The notes beneath the pieces were generated by a model. The model worked only from the letters and a program-made list of their open reading frames with translations. It was not told where the DNA came from and ran no database searches. From Diplonema japonicum (taxonomy: Eukaryota > Protista > Euglenozoa: Diplonemea), in assembly GCA_964019335.1 (NCBI GenBank), contig OZ025676.1:372001-436000 (forward strand): a stretch of 64,000 nucleotides of DNA, written 5' to 3'. This document shows positions 42,443-55,907 of the stretch, piece after piece. Within the stretch, counting starts at the first letter, position 1. Every line of letters starts with the position of its first letter. Position numbers and translations under genes: made by a program.

Positions 42443-45400
42443 TCAAGGATCAAGCTCGTCAAGTAAAGAGTCTAGGTATGCTTTCTTGTCCCGTTCTGCG
42501 TCAGTGACTTGTACTACGAGTGACCTGGGGGGTACAATAGGGCTTACAGGTGCCGGCAGCTCACTCGATGTATCGGTGCGCCCTTCCTCTTCAGCTATAG
42601 TGACGGGTTGGTATGCTTGATCATCCTGCGACCCTACGGGGTTTGCGGGGAACACGTAACTCTCCAGCGGAGGTGTAGACGGCATTTCTTCGATAGTTGG
42701 TGTCTCCACGGTTTTCTTCTTCTTCTTCTTTTTCATCCCTTTCTTCTTAGTTGGAGACACCGCCCCATCCGTTGTTGTGTTTGTCATCGAAAGAAACGAT
42801 GTCTCGGAATGTGTCGTGGACGGGGGGTTTAGACTGTTATCTTCCTCAACATCAACATGCGAAGAGTCCTCCTGGGAAACCGAAACCGAAGCGGAAACTG
42901 GGGACACAGGTGCAAGATGCTGAACAGCTTTCTTTTTGGCCTTCTTTTTCTTCTTCTTTGCGGTGGGAGTAGGTTCTGTGCTAGATAACAAAGTTTCATC
43001 ACCAGCGCTTGAAGGACCAGGGTTAATTGTCACTGATGCATCAAGGTGTGCTAAAGACGAAGCAAGCGTGGAAGAGAATGGTTCACCCCCATCAGGATTG
43101 AACGTCTTGTTTTCCCAATTGAGCAGCTCCGAATCTTCGATGCCTTTATCTACAGGGGTCACTGCACCATTTCCTCGCTTCTTCTTAGTACCCTTCTTCT
43201 TTTTTGTATGTCCCTTGTGCGTGCCGGGCTTTTGAAGAGAATCTACGCACTCACACACCTCCCCGACAGTCATTAAATCTTTTGGCTCGTTTTCCTTCAC
43301 TAAGAGTAATCCACTTTTATCCCATTCCACGTCGCGCATCACTGTATCATGAACCCGCTCTCTCGAAGGGCTAAACACAGGCCCAGAAACTCCATTTGTA
43401 CTTTCCGTCGAAGTTTTCGATGGTGGGTTTTGCTTCAAAAACCTCTTGTCTTCTGTAGAGTTGGTTGAGAAAAGGAATTGGAAAAAGTTCCGCCACCGGG
43501 GTTCGAACCCGGGTCGCCTGGGTGAAAGCCAGGTATACTAACCACTGTACTATAGCGGATACGAAAATTGGTTGGAATAATAATAATAAATATTCCACTA
43601 CCAGGCGGGAGGATCGAAGGGGGGTAGAGAAAATTCAAATCAAGCTTGATCATGTACACCGAAGCTTGAATCATGCAGGCCAGTCTTTCGCTCGCCTCTT
43701 TTGCCTTCTGGTCCGCCTTCTCGTTCCATTTGTACCCGCAGGCTCGCGACCTCCTGCCAGAGCTCGTAGTCATCTTTGGAGGCTGACATGTGTCCCTGGC
43801 ACATCTTCCGTATCACCGACTGCGAATCTGTGCATATCAGAACCATCCCTTGGCTTCTCTCTGAGAGTCTTGTCGCCAGTCGGATCCCCAGCCTCAGGGC
43901 CCTGAGTTCGCATTTGTAGGGTGTCGAATACAGTCCACCGCTGATCCCGTAGGCAGCATCGGACCCATTGTGCAGCAGGATGGCGGCCGAGCCTCCGTTC
44001 TTCCCATCCTTTACGGACCCGTCTGTGAACACCATGCAGAATGCCCGGCCGTGCTTCTCGCATAACCTTGTTCAGGGTGTTTGTTGTTGCCTCTTTCCTG
44101 ACCTCTTTTGGGTCCGTCCTTTTCACCTGCGTGTCGAGGAAGGGGGAGAGCACGAGTTGCCCCTCGAATCTTTGCCAGGGTGCAACCGCGAGTCTCCTCA
44201 TGAAGACGGCGCCCGAGTGAGGTGCGCCCGTCCTCTCTGGGAGTTTGTAGGCTATCGATGCCTCTCTCTGTTTGTCAGACCAAGTCCTTCTTGGTAGGAG
44301 CTTCTCGTACCTGGTCAGATCCTCCAGAGGCTGAGTCGCCTGGTATGCGGCGGTGTCCACTTTTCTCATCAGTGACTCGTAGAGCAACAGGCTGTCGTGC
44401 TCGATCAGCGCATCCAGGGTCCACAGCCCCGCTTCGTTCAGTGTCGCGAATGTCTCTGATGACGCGATGCAGCCTGTGATCTTCACCGCTGCCCTGTATT
44501 GAAGCTTCTTGATGCCTTCGTGGGGCGTGTTCCTCCCGCTCGGGAGAAATGACCCGTGCACGCCCAAGCAGTATCTGAAGACTGGTTGCACATATGTGAG
44601 GTATAGAGCCCTCAACACCACCTTCTTGCAACCCCATCTCGTTCCCGCAAGGCAGCTCAGCAGCCTGACCCTGCTTTCACCTCTTTCCAAGACGTCTCTG
44701 GAGTGTTCGGAGAAAAGCATGTCCTCCTCGAAGGTGACTCCAAGCAGCTTTGTTTTTTCGACCACCTCGAGTTCTTCGCCGGTCCTGAAAGGTGCTCTGA
44801 TCTTCCCCTTCAGTGTTCTCTGTGGATAGGAGATGCCAGCAACGGGAAAGAACTCTGTCTTTCCCTTGGAGATCACCAGCACCAGCTCTCTACAACCCTC
44901 AGGATCTTCATCAGTTTTCCATTCAAGCTGTCCAGGTCTTTTTCGTGCAGCACCACCGCAATGTCGTCTGCATACATCACGGCATCAATGCCCCTAACTT
45001 GGTTGACGATATACACACCTTTGCTCAATTGCGGGGGTGTTGCCAAAGGACATCCTTGTATCAATGGTGGTGTATCAAAATCCTGTTGTGATTCAAAAAA
45101 CAGTCAAGGCAAGTGACGATCATACCTCGCATTCGCTGCCGTCAATATCATTGAGGGATTCTAAAATGTGGGTGGTCACTTGGTGACATTTCTCACGAAG
45201 CTGCGTGTGATTCATTCGTGTGTTTGCACCTCTATACCTTTGAATCAGGGGAAAGGAGGACAGTGGCAAGGAGCGGGAGTATTTCCAGCGCAAGGATTGA
45301 GTAAGGAAGGATATTCTCGCACATGACAACTGCGTTAAGGGCATGGTGGGCCAGCTCTTCATCACCGCTCAAGAGTGCACCTGCAATGGAGGGGAGCAAG

Positions 45401-46845
45401 TCGACGCTGGTAATTTGCGAGTCCAGTGACACCAATTGTACAAACCCGAGCAGCGCTGCCGAGCGAACCCGTGCCTTGAACCTCACCCCTAAGCTGTACG
45501 AGACCAAGAGTGGCACAACCTTTGTGTTCAACTTCTCAAGAATGAGCTCGTCGGAGCTGCCACCGAGCAAACACCGAACGGCAACCAGCACACAATGTAT
45601 CCCCCAATAAACAGAGTCATGATCCTCGCTGTCCCCTAAACACTGAATAGATAGGTCTAACACAGTCCCAACCTTCGACGTGTCGATGGCCTTCAAAACG
45701 TGTTCAGAGATCTTCAGCATAGGCACTCTGAGATCCTTGTCGTTCTGCAATGACGACAAAATGAACTCAATGACCAAACTCCTGTGTTGCTGCTGCAGAC
45801 AAGACTGGATGTTGTCGGATCCTATCAGGTGAGGTGTAAAAATTGAAGAACCGGGTGCCTTCCAAAAAGGCTTCGAGAGGAAGGCGGGAAGGAGCGCGGT
45901 CTCGAAAACGATGTACGGGATGTTCTTGAGGAGATCGAAGAGGGTTGAAAAGTACTCAGCTTGATTAATGAACAATGTGTCAAGACCTTCGGCTATTTTT
46001 ACAAGGGCACACGACTTGAAAAGCGACAACCCTTTAAGCTGTTCTAGTGAGGGTCGTACAGGAGGTACAGCAGCTTCATGACTCATAAGGAAACCTCCCT
46101 GCGGCGCTCCAAGTTCCACAGAACTTCGCGACATTACCGCTCCACACAAACATCTCTCCATCCAGTCGTTAAGGTTGGAATCGTTGCAGGCTTCGAGCAT
46201 GTCTTGTAGGAGGCGTGCAATACCGCAGCTATCGCGGCACCAAACAGAGGTGCCTTTGTAAGTGATCGTTACAGCGCTGTCTTCTTCAGGCGTGGAGAAA
46301 GGACGGAGAGGCCTGCTGCGAACTAGGTTCTGCGCAAGATGGTCATCCATGTGGTCTGCATACTGCAGGTCTGTCATCACACACCTGCGTCGTTCGTTGT
46401 GCACAACAGCGATAGTGTCCACACACACTGCGTTGTGCGACAGATCATGCGACTCATGCAGCTCGAGAAGCGAAGTGACCACATCCCACACAACAAGAAT
46501 TAGCTCAGAGGAACAGAGGGTCGGGATTAGTTCTTTTAGTGGAGTGGCTCTCTCAAAGATTAACGCCATCTCCTTCTCTTTCTCATCAACTATCGAGTCC
46601 AGTAGTGTCAATTGGTGGGCATGGCCTCGCAGTTTCTCCCACACCGACAGAGCTTGCTTTGCACCTTTCCACCTACACCAGAGGGAATCTTCTTTTTTTT
46701 TCTCGCCACCTTGTGTCATAACCCACACGCTCACGTCTTTTCCCTTCCATGCTGCATTATGCTTCGCCCAGAAGCTGTTTTCTTCTATCTTCTCAAGCTT
46801 TCCACCGAACCTCGCTTTGAGCTCCTTTTCGACTTTTTTAACCAT
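42443..46845 (-). CDS. SCY1-like pseudokinase (kinase-like + HEAT + low-complexity tail); exons 46845-45238, 45200-45126, 45082-45019, 43452-42443
   Basis: Kinase-like N-terminus lacking catalytic motifs (FERATPL, LHESHDLSHNAVC) followed by HEAT repeats. GT-AG introns of 37, 43 and 1566 nt join all pieces in frame, including the ORF listed at 42443-43438, which opens on TTG. Confidence 0.75.
43488..43559 (-). tRNA. tRNA-Glu (anticodon TTC)
   Basis: TCCGCTATAGTACAGTGGTTAGTATACCTGGCTTTCACCCAGGCGACCCGGGTTCGAACCCCGGTGGCGGAA forms a cloverleaf and is followed by a T5 Pol III terminator. Confidence 0.97.
43575..44998 (-). mobile_element. 5'-truncated, frameshifted non-LTR retrotransposon (RT + RNase H; ingi/I-group-like)
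   Basis: MYADDIAV, KLLGVTF, LRALYLTYVQP and RNase H FTDGS/ELRAL/CTDSQS. It ends in a (TAT)n tail; candidate TSD TTGGTTG at 43568-43574 and 44999-45005. Confidence 0.88.
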
Positions 46846-46949
46846 TTCGTATTTTCATATCTTCGTGAGTCCCCCCCGTTGGCTAGGAGATAACGTGAGA
46901 ACGAAAAGTTTCTGGGGGAAAAAAAGAAAAATACTTGTACTAATAATAC

Positions 46950-48032
46950 CTACTTGAGCCGAGTAGGTTTTCTCACACCAAAACCGGACCGTCGTTTGCT
47001 GAGGAGGGTGTTCTGAGAAGAATATGCAACCTCTTCAACTTCCATGTTTTGAACAGTGGGGCTGGGTGTGGTGGAGAGGAGAGCTGTCATGGCTTTGGAT
47101 GAGATAGTGTACAGATCGTTTAGTGACCCGGTGGAGTTGGAACCACCGAAGAGATAGAGGAGCGATGAGGTGGGGTCGTGCAGAAGTGTGTGCCCTGAGC
47201 GTTGAGAAGGGCAAAACCCATTTGGCTGGAGTCGAACCCAGACGTTGCCTTCAATGCTGTAACGGTGCCACGAGTCATGACCTGTTGCCTCATACCCACC
47301 AAACATAAATAGTCTTCTATCGCTTGCTGCTAACGCCATCCCTGTTCGTGTGTAGGGCATCTCTTCCAACTCCCATCGTACAGTGTCTCTAAATATTTTG
47401 CTTTTCACCATAGTCAGGCCCCTTTTGAAGCCCAACAGAAATATGGTGTCCTTTACCACTTCCATTGCGTTGTGCATCAGCGTTGTTTCCATTCTCAGGT
47501 TGAAACCTACGCATTCCTGTTCTATTTCAGTCCACACCCTATTTTCCAGATCAAACTTCCACAGGTCGTCCAGATGCCATTGATCGTCGTTCAGCCCTCC
47601 GAAGACGTACCAGAACTGATCCGATGATGCCCCGCAATGAGCGTATCTTGCAGGGGGCTGGTGGTTCGGGTCAACAGGGTCGATGTCTTCCCATTGCATA
47701 GAGGCGAGATGCAGTCTGCACACCCCAAAACGACCAAAGAGGTACATGTACCCTTTGTACGCAGTCGCGATGTGAGTGTTGAGGATGGATGTTGTCGAGA
47801 GAGCTCTTGGTGTCGGGTTCGTGGGGATGTTCGTCCACATTTGTTCCTTGCAGTCGTATACCGCAACCTCGTTATCGCCGCCTTGGCTCAAGCCACCCCA
47901 GAGAAACATCTTCCCTTCCCACAGCACCGCACAGTGGAACGCTCGTCTCCTGGTCATTAAATTCTTATTGCACTGTTCCAGCTTCCACCCAGGTAGGTTC
48001 GGCTTCCTCATGTCACACACACTGAACATCAT
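46950..48032 (-). CDS. Kelch-repeat beta-propeller protein
   Basis: Repeated R..H...(Y/F)(L/V)FGG...W motifs. Confidence 0.85.
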   Translation of the reverse strand: MMFSVCDMRKPNLPGWKLEQCNKNLMTRRRAFHCAVLWEGKMFLWGGLSQGGDNEVAVYDCKEQMWTNIPTNPTPRALSTTSILNTHIATAYKGYMYLFGRFGVCRLHLASMQWEDIDPVDPNHQPPARYAHCGASSDQFWYVFGGLNDDQWHLDDLWKFDLENRVWTEIEQECVGFNLRMETTLMHNAMEVVKDTIFLLGFKRGLTMVKSKIFRDTVRWELEEMPYTRTGMALAASDRRLFMFGGYEATGHDSWHRYSIEGNVWVRLQPNGFCPSQRSGHTLLHDPTSSLLYLFGGSNSTGSLNDLYTISSKAMTALLSTTPSPTVQNMEVEEVAYSSQNTLLSKRRSGFGVRKPTRLK

Positions 48033-48412
48033 TTAATGGCACCGACACCTTCTCTTCAGGAGGAAGAGGGTGAATACCCCTCCCTTTCCCTGCCTTTGAA
48101 AGATACTTGTCTCTACTTTAGTTTCAATATAACGAAGTAAAAAAGGGACACAACATAAAGACGCTGGTTGCCCCGCCAAATCTTGACCCAAGGGCCGAGG
48201 GGGCGGGGGCTTTCTTTTAAAACAACTAGAAAAAGGTACGTGAGAGATATTGCATCACAGAAAAAAAGAAAGTTTGAAGAAAGGGAAACTCTTATTTCTT
48301 TGGGCATCCGTGTTGCAAGGATGTGTTCGTAGAATGAGAGCGATTGGGGTAGAGAGAGTGGGATCATCACATCATTTTGTTTCACTTCTAAAAGAAGTGT
48401 TAAGAGGGGTGC

Positions 48413-49949
<1,537 letters not shown>

Positions 49950-50209
49950 TGTTTTTGTTTTAAGGTTTTTGGTTTTTGTTAAAAGAACTTTGGTGGTGGA
50001 ACATTTGTATTTGTTGTGTGAAGCAGGTAAAAAAAGAAAGAAAGAAAGTAAAAATAAACAGTCGATGGATAGAACCACCCCAGCAGCAACATTGCTTTTG
50101 CTTTCACTGGTACAAAAAAGGAAGGAATCAGGAACACACAAAACACATGAAAAGGGAAGAGAAAAACTCAGAAAGAGGAAGAAGAAGGGTGGGGGGAGGG
50201 AGTGCTTGC

Positions 50210-50638
50210 TTATTTCCCCTGGAGCTCGCCACGGATGCGCCTGGCGATGTTGAGGTCAAGGTGGTTGAGGGTCTGCTTCTTCCTGTGGATCTGCATCATG
50301 ACAGCCGCCTGGAAGAGCCCGACCATGTAGCTCTCTGTTGCCTCCTGCACCGCCTCCAGAGCAGACGGCTTGAAGGACAACCCCGTCTTGTAGTTGTTCA
50401 TGGTCTCCCTCACCAGCCTCTGGAAGGGTGCCTTCTGCAGCAGAAGCTTCGAGGTCTTCTGCAGTTTGAAGATCTCACGCAGGGCAACGGTTCCAGGCCT
50501 CCACCTCCTCTTCCCCTCGCTGCTCTCCTCCTTCTTGCTCTTCTTCGACTTCTTCTCCTTCTTCGTCTTCCTGCTCTTCTTCGTCACCTCTCCTGCGGGA
50601 GGCCTCCCACCAGTCGACTTCAGGGAAGAGCGCGGCAT
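50210..50638 (-). CDS. Divergent histone H3 variant, copy 2
   Basis: Protein identical to 31422-31850. Confidence 0.92.
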   Translation of the reverse strand: MPRSSLKSTGGRPPAGEVTKKSRKTKKEKKSKKSKKEESSEGKRRWRPGTVALREIFKLQKTSKLLLQKAPFQRLVRETMNNYKTGLSFKPSALEAVQEATESYMVGLFQAAVMMQIHRKKQTLNHLDLNIARRIRGELQGK

Positions 50639-50905
50639 TTTTGTGTTTTGAAAAAACTGGGAAGTGGGGTGTGTGTTCGATCTCCGATGAAGGTAGAAAA
50701 ATCAATAAAAAGTGTAGAAAGCTTCGAAGAAACATTATATTATGTTCTGGAACAAACCTTGCCCTTTGATCCTAAAGCTCAAGAGAGCTTGCCAGAAGAC
50801 ACACAGGAGGGCAAAGGGAAGTCAGGAAAAAAGGTTAGAAGTGAAGTGTGGAGCGAAACGAAAGCTTAACAGTGCATCCTTCCAGAGGGCTAAGGTGGCA
50901 ATTGC

Positions 50906-51330
50906 TCACCGCCCACCACGGAGCCTGAGAACCAAATAGAGAGAGTGGACTCCTTCTGGATGTTGTAGTCGGTTGTAATCAGCAAGGGTGCGGTCATTTT
51001 CCAACTGCTTCCCTGCGAAGATTAACCTGCTGGTCAGGGGGAATCCCTTCACATTCTCAATGATGTCAAGGATGATGTTCCCAGTCACGAAGATTTGCAT
51101 CCCCCCACGGGGCGTTGGACCAGGTGAATTGTGGACTCCTTCTGGTCGATGTTGTAGTCGGCAAGGGTACGGCCATCCTCAAGCTGCTTCCCTGCAAAGA
51201 TCAACCTCTGCTGGTCAGGGGGAATCCCCTCCTTGTCCTGGATATTCGCCTTCACGTTCTCAATCGTATCATTAAACTCCACCTCAAGGGTGATGGTCTT
51301 CCCAGTCAAGGTCTTCACGAAGATCTGCAT
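50906..51330 (-). pseudogene. Degenerate two-unit polyubiquitin pseudogene
   Basis: Unit 1 has substitutions and a frameshift at LRGG; unit 2 has deletions. The upstream flank matches that of the intact gene at 34697. Confidence 0.9.
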
Positions 51331-51416
51331 GTTTGTGTAGGTTGTGTCTCTGTGGTGTGTTGCTGTTTGTCCCATCCCAAAGCCAACCCAATGTGTGAGC
51401 CCAAAAGCCCTCCCAT

Positions 51417-51502
51417 TGTGATCAGTAGACCATCGTGAACGTTACTGCTTCCTAAGTCATGGTCGGTCAGAGAGCTGGGTTAGTATTGCGTCATCATGCT
51501 AA
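51417..51502 (-). ncRNA. C/D-box snoRNA (Cm2948/Cm2959-equivalent guide), copy 2
   Basis: Identical to 34783-34868. Confidence 0.88.
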
Positions 51503-51703
51503 AGGGCTACCGTTGGACAATTTCTTCCAATGTTTTTTCTCGCTTTAGAGATCCGTTCAAGAAGAAGAAAAAGAAAGTGCAAATGAGCTGGATATTTCAT
51601 TGATCGTATCGTCCGCTAAAAATTTTATTTCTTTTCCCCCTCTCTCTTTATTCTTTTTACGAGGGGGTTGCAGAATCGAAAATGCGGTGTCCATAATGTA
51701 TTG

Positions 51704-51786
51704 CAGTATCAGTAGGGGAAAGGAATAAGGGGCTAACCCCTCTCTTCCACTCAAATTGCAAATAAGAATATATATCATCATCGTGA
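51704..51786 (-). ncRNA. Candidate C/D-box snoRNA (possible snR190/SNORD12-type target)
   Basis: ATGATGA...CTTTCCCCTA-CTGA. It has 8-bp complementarity to LSU GGGGAAAG, with D+5 on the yeast G2395 equivalent. It lies between two copies of the other snoRNA. Confidence 0.45.
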
Positions 51787-51902
51787 TAGATTCCGAGACG
51801 TGAATGCCGACCGGAGAGGTGTGCCCCGCTTTGTCCCGAGCCCTAATATAAAGTAAGGCTAAAACCCTATGACGCAGGCTCCAGTGGAGTCGTGTCTCCC
51901 AT

Positions 51903-51988
51903 TGTGATCAGTAGACCATCGTGAACGTTACTGCTTCCTAAGTCATGGTCGGTCAGAGAGCTGGGTTAGTATTGCGTCATCATGCTAA
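51903..51988 (-). ncRNA. C/D-box snoRNA (Cm2948/Cm2959-equivalent guide), copy 3
   Basis: Identical to 34783-34868. Confidence 0.88.
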
Positions 51989-52356
51989 AGGTGCAGTGTT
52001 ACACACAGCTCCACCACAACTACCACGAATCAAGCACCCTCTTGGCGAAATGGGTTTGCACTTCTATGTTGTTCATATACTGTCACAAACAAAGAGATAA
52101 ATACGAAAAAGAAAAAGAAAAAAAAGGGAACAAGATATTGTGTGAAACCAGACCTCACCAGTGACCCTCTCCTGCAAAGCTCGTAAGCCACACAGAGAGC
52201 TAGCCCAAGTGGACATTACAACAGGGAGGGTAATAGGAAGTAAAGGGAAGTCGGGATAAAGGTTAGAAATCTTTAAAAAGAAAAAAGAAAAAGAATAAAA
52301 ACAGCAGGGTTTAGAGAGGTGCTTACTCACAATTGTAAATACTGAGATACTGCTGC

Positions 52357-53472
<1,116 letters not shown>

Positions 53473-53569
53473 TTAGAAAAAGAAAAGAAATAAAATACCA
53501 TCCTGTCAACGATGAAAAACAAAAGGAGTCAAAAGGGACAAAAGAAGGAAGTTGGAAAGGAGTGCTTGC

Positions 53570-53998
53570 TTATTTCCCCTGGAGCTCGCCACGGATGCGC
53601 CTGGCGATGTTGAGGTCAAGGTGGTTGAGGGTCTGCTTCTTCCTGTGGATCTGCATCATGACAGCCGCCTGGAAGAGCCCGACCATGTAGCTCTCTGTTG
53701 CCTCCTGCACCGCCTCCAGAGCAGACGGCTTGAAGGACAACCCCGTCTTGTAGTTGTTCATGGTCTCCCTCACCAGCCTCTGGAAGGGTGCCTTCTGCAG
53801 CAGAAGCTTCGAGGTCTTCTGCAGTTTGAAGATCTCACGCAGGGCAACGGTTCCAGGCCTCCACCTCCTCTTCCCCTCGCTGCTCTCCTCCTTCTTGCTC
53901 TTCTTCGACTTCTTCTCCTTCTTCGTCTTCTTGCTCTTCTTCGTCACCTCTCCTGCGGGAGGCCTCCCACCAGTCGACTTCAGGGAAGAGCGCGGCAT
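53570..53998 (-). CDS. Divergent histone H3 variant, copy 3
   Basis: Same protein as the other copies except one R>K change in the tail (KKSKKTKK). Confidence 0.92.
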   Translation of the reverse strand: MPRSSLKSTGGRPPAGEVTKKSKKTKKEKKSKKSKKEESSEGKRRWRPGTVALREIFKLQKTSKLLLQKAPFQRLVRETMNNYKTGLSFKPSALEAVQEATESYMVGLFQAAVMMQIHRKKQTLNHLDLNIARRIRGELQGK

Positions 53999-54191
53999 TT
54001 TCTTTCTCTTTTTGTGGGGCTAAGGCTGTGGGTGTTAGAAAGCAACATTGACTCAGAAATGCATAAAACTATATGTAGACCACCATGCACTATCTGAGGT
54101 AAGAGGCACTAAACACTGCTGTCAAGAGGCTTAAAAAGTACAAAACAAGACATGTCCCGAGGTACGGAATCCATTCCTCTCAGTTTTTTCT

Positions 54192-55729
54192 TCAGTTGCT
54201 GGAGGTGAAGTTAGCGAGCTGAGTGTCAAGGTCTTCCTTCGAGACCTCCTTCCTCCTGGGATTATGGTAAACATGAAAACCCCCCACCCCATGTAGCATA
54301 CTCAACACGCGCAGCGCTCTTACCCTTAGCTCCCTTGCCACCTTTACCGCCCTTTCCACCCTTGCCACCCCTGCCCTTCTTTCCGAAGCTGCGCTTCTGA
54401 GTTGGCTGGGCCTGAGCCTGCTGGGGCTTCGGCTGTGTCCTGGCACCGCCCCTGCCCCTGGACACAGCTCCACCACGGCCACCACCCTTGTTCCCGTCAC
54501 CACGTGCAGTCGACACAGAGATCTCCTTGTCACCTGAAGAAAGGAATGTATGTGTTCAAGTATTCACCCATACCAAGCTTGGCCCCATCAAGGTCGGCAA
54601 TGGCTTGGCGGGCCCCCTGCTCAGTGCGGTAAGCAACGAGGGCATTGCCGGTGGGCCTGCCTGCGGTGTCCCAGAAGATGGTGAGCTTCTCGATCTCTCC
54701 TGCGGTCTCCATGACGTGCTGTGATGATGGTTACTGGCTTCTGACCCTCCCCCAACACACCAGAACATCCTGCTCTTCCCAGTCGAACGGGACACCTGTC
54801 ACGAAGACGCGCGTCTTGTTCTGCGGGGCCTTCACGACCTGTCGTTGGATCACAGCCTTGCCACCGCCGCCACGCCCCTGTTGATGATGGATTTAACAAG
54901 CAATCTCAGCCCCTTTTAGCTCTGTGGTCGTGAGCGAAGGATGCCGCGATCGTGGTGTGTGAGATAGCCGAAGGTGGGTGTAGGTATGTGTAAATAAAAT
55001 TTGCGGGATTTTTCGCAGCCGCGCCGAGCCGTCCAACGAGCACAATGGGGTTGTGACAACGTTTGAAGTATATAAATGTTTGTGCCAAGATAAGTTAAAA
55101 GTTTCGAAAAGGTGCCCTTCCCCTTCCCTCCCAGCGAACACAACCTATTGTTCTTGACTCAGTGCCAATTTTAATGCACGGCCGACACGAGGATGCGCCT
55201 TGCGATCACGCTGGGTTGATTTGGAAGAGGAAGTTCAAGGTCAGGGTGCTGAAGATTTTCGTAAGTCGCAGTGCCTTAGGGACAGGTCAAGGCGGCGTGC
55301 AGACACCGCTTCTTGCAGGATCGAGCGTGATGAACGAACGGCACCATCTAGGTCACTACCTATGTGCCTTTACTGCAGAGGCGATGCCCACATTGCTCTC
55401 CATCCCAGCACAGAAATGCACAACAGGCTTGGGGGCCGAAGTCAGGATGGGGAACAAAGGGTCCAGCCTCAGGAAGGCGAACGATGACATACCCTGCTAG
55501 CCGACTGGGAGTAAGGCTGGGCTCTGTTGTTGGAGGCCGTCTTGACGGCGTTGAAGCCCGCACCAGCCTGCCTACCGCCCCTGCCAGCGGAAGCGGAACG
55601 GCCTCTCCCACCAGCGGGCTTACCACCGGCACCCCTACCACCACCCTTGCTGCCACCACGGCCTTTACCACGCGAGGTAGTCTTCTTTTCGCTGATGAGC
55701 TCTTCGAGGGACTTTGTTAGCATCGCCAT
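54192..55729 (-). CDS. ALYREF: ALY/REF (Yra1/THOC4) mRNA export adaptor; exons 55729-55493, 54877-54761, 54718-54574, 54533-54302, 54255-54192
   Basis: N-terminal box LTKSLEELI, RGG tracts, RRM (RVFVTGV...WDTAGRPTGNALVAY) and C-terminal box SKEDLDTQLANF. GT-AG introns of 615, 42, 40 and 46 nt keep the frame. Confidence 0.88.
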
Positions 55730-55907
55730 TTTCTTGTATTTTTTTGTTTTATTTCCTGTGACAAACGGTTTCCCCTATTTCTTTGACACGGAAAAGAAAC
55801 AAAAAAAAAAAAAAAAAAAATGAAAGAAAACCGTGTACTTTACAAGAAAACAAGAAGAACGGGGTGGCCCTTGGGAAAAAAAAAAAAAAGAGGGTTTCTT
55901 TTCTTTT

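Noticed and set aside
42443-43438. Standalone 331-aa gene
   Set aside because: The ORF opens on TTG and splices in frame as the last exon of the SCY1-like gene.
45019-45064. IQGCPL as the RT QGxxLSP motif
   Set aside because: It lies outside the candidate TSD and between good splice sites, so it is better explained as exon 3 of the SCY1-like gene.
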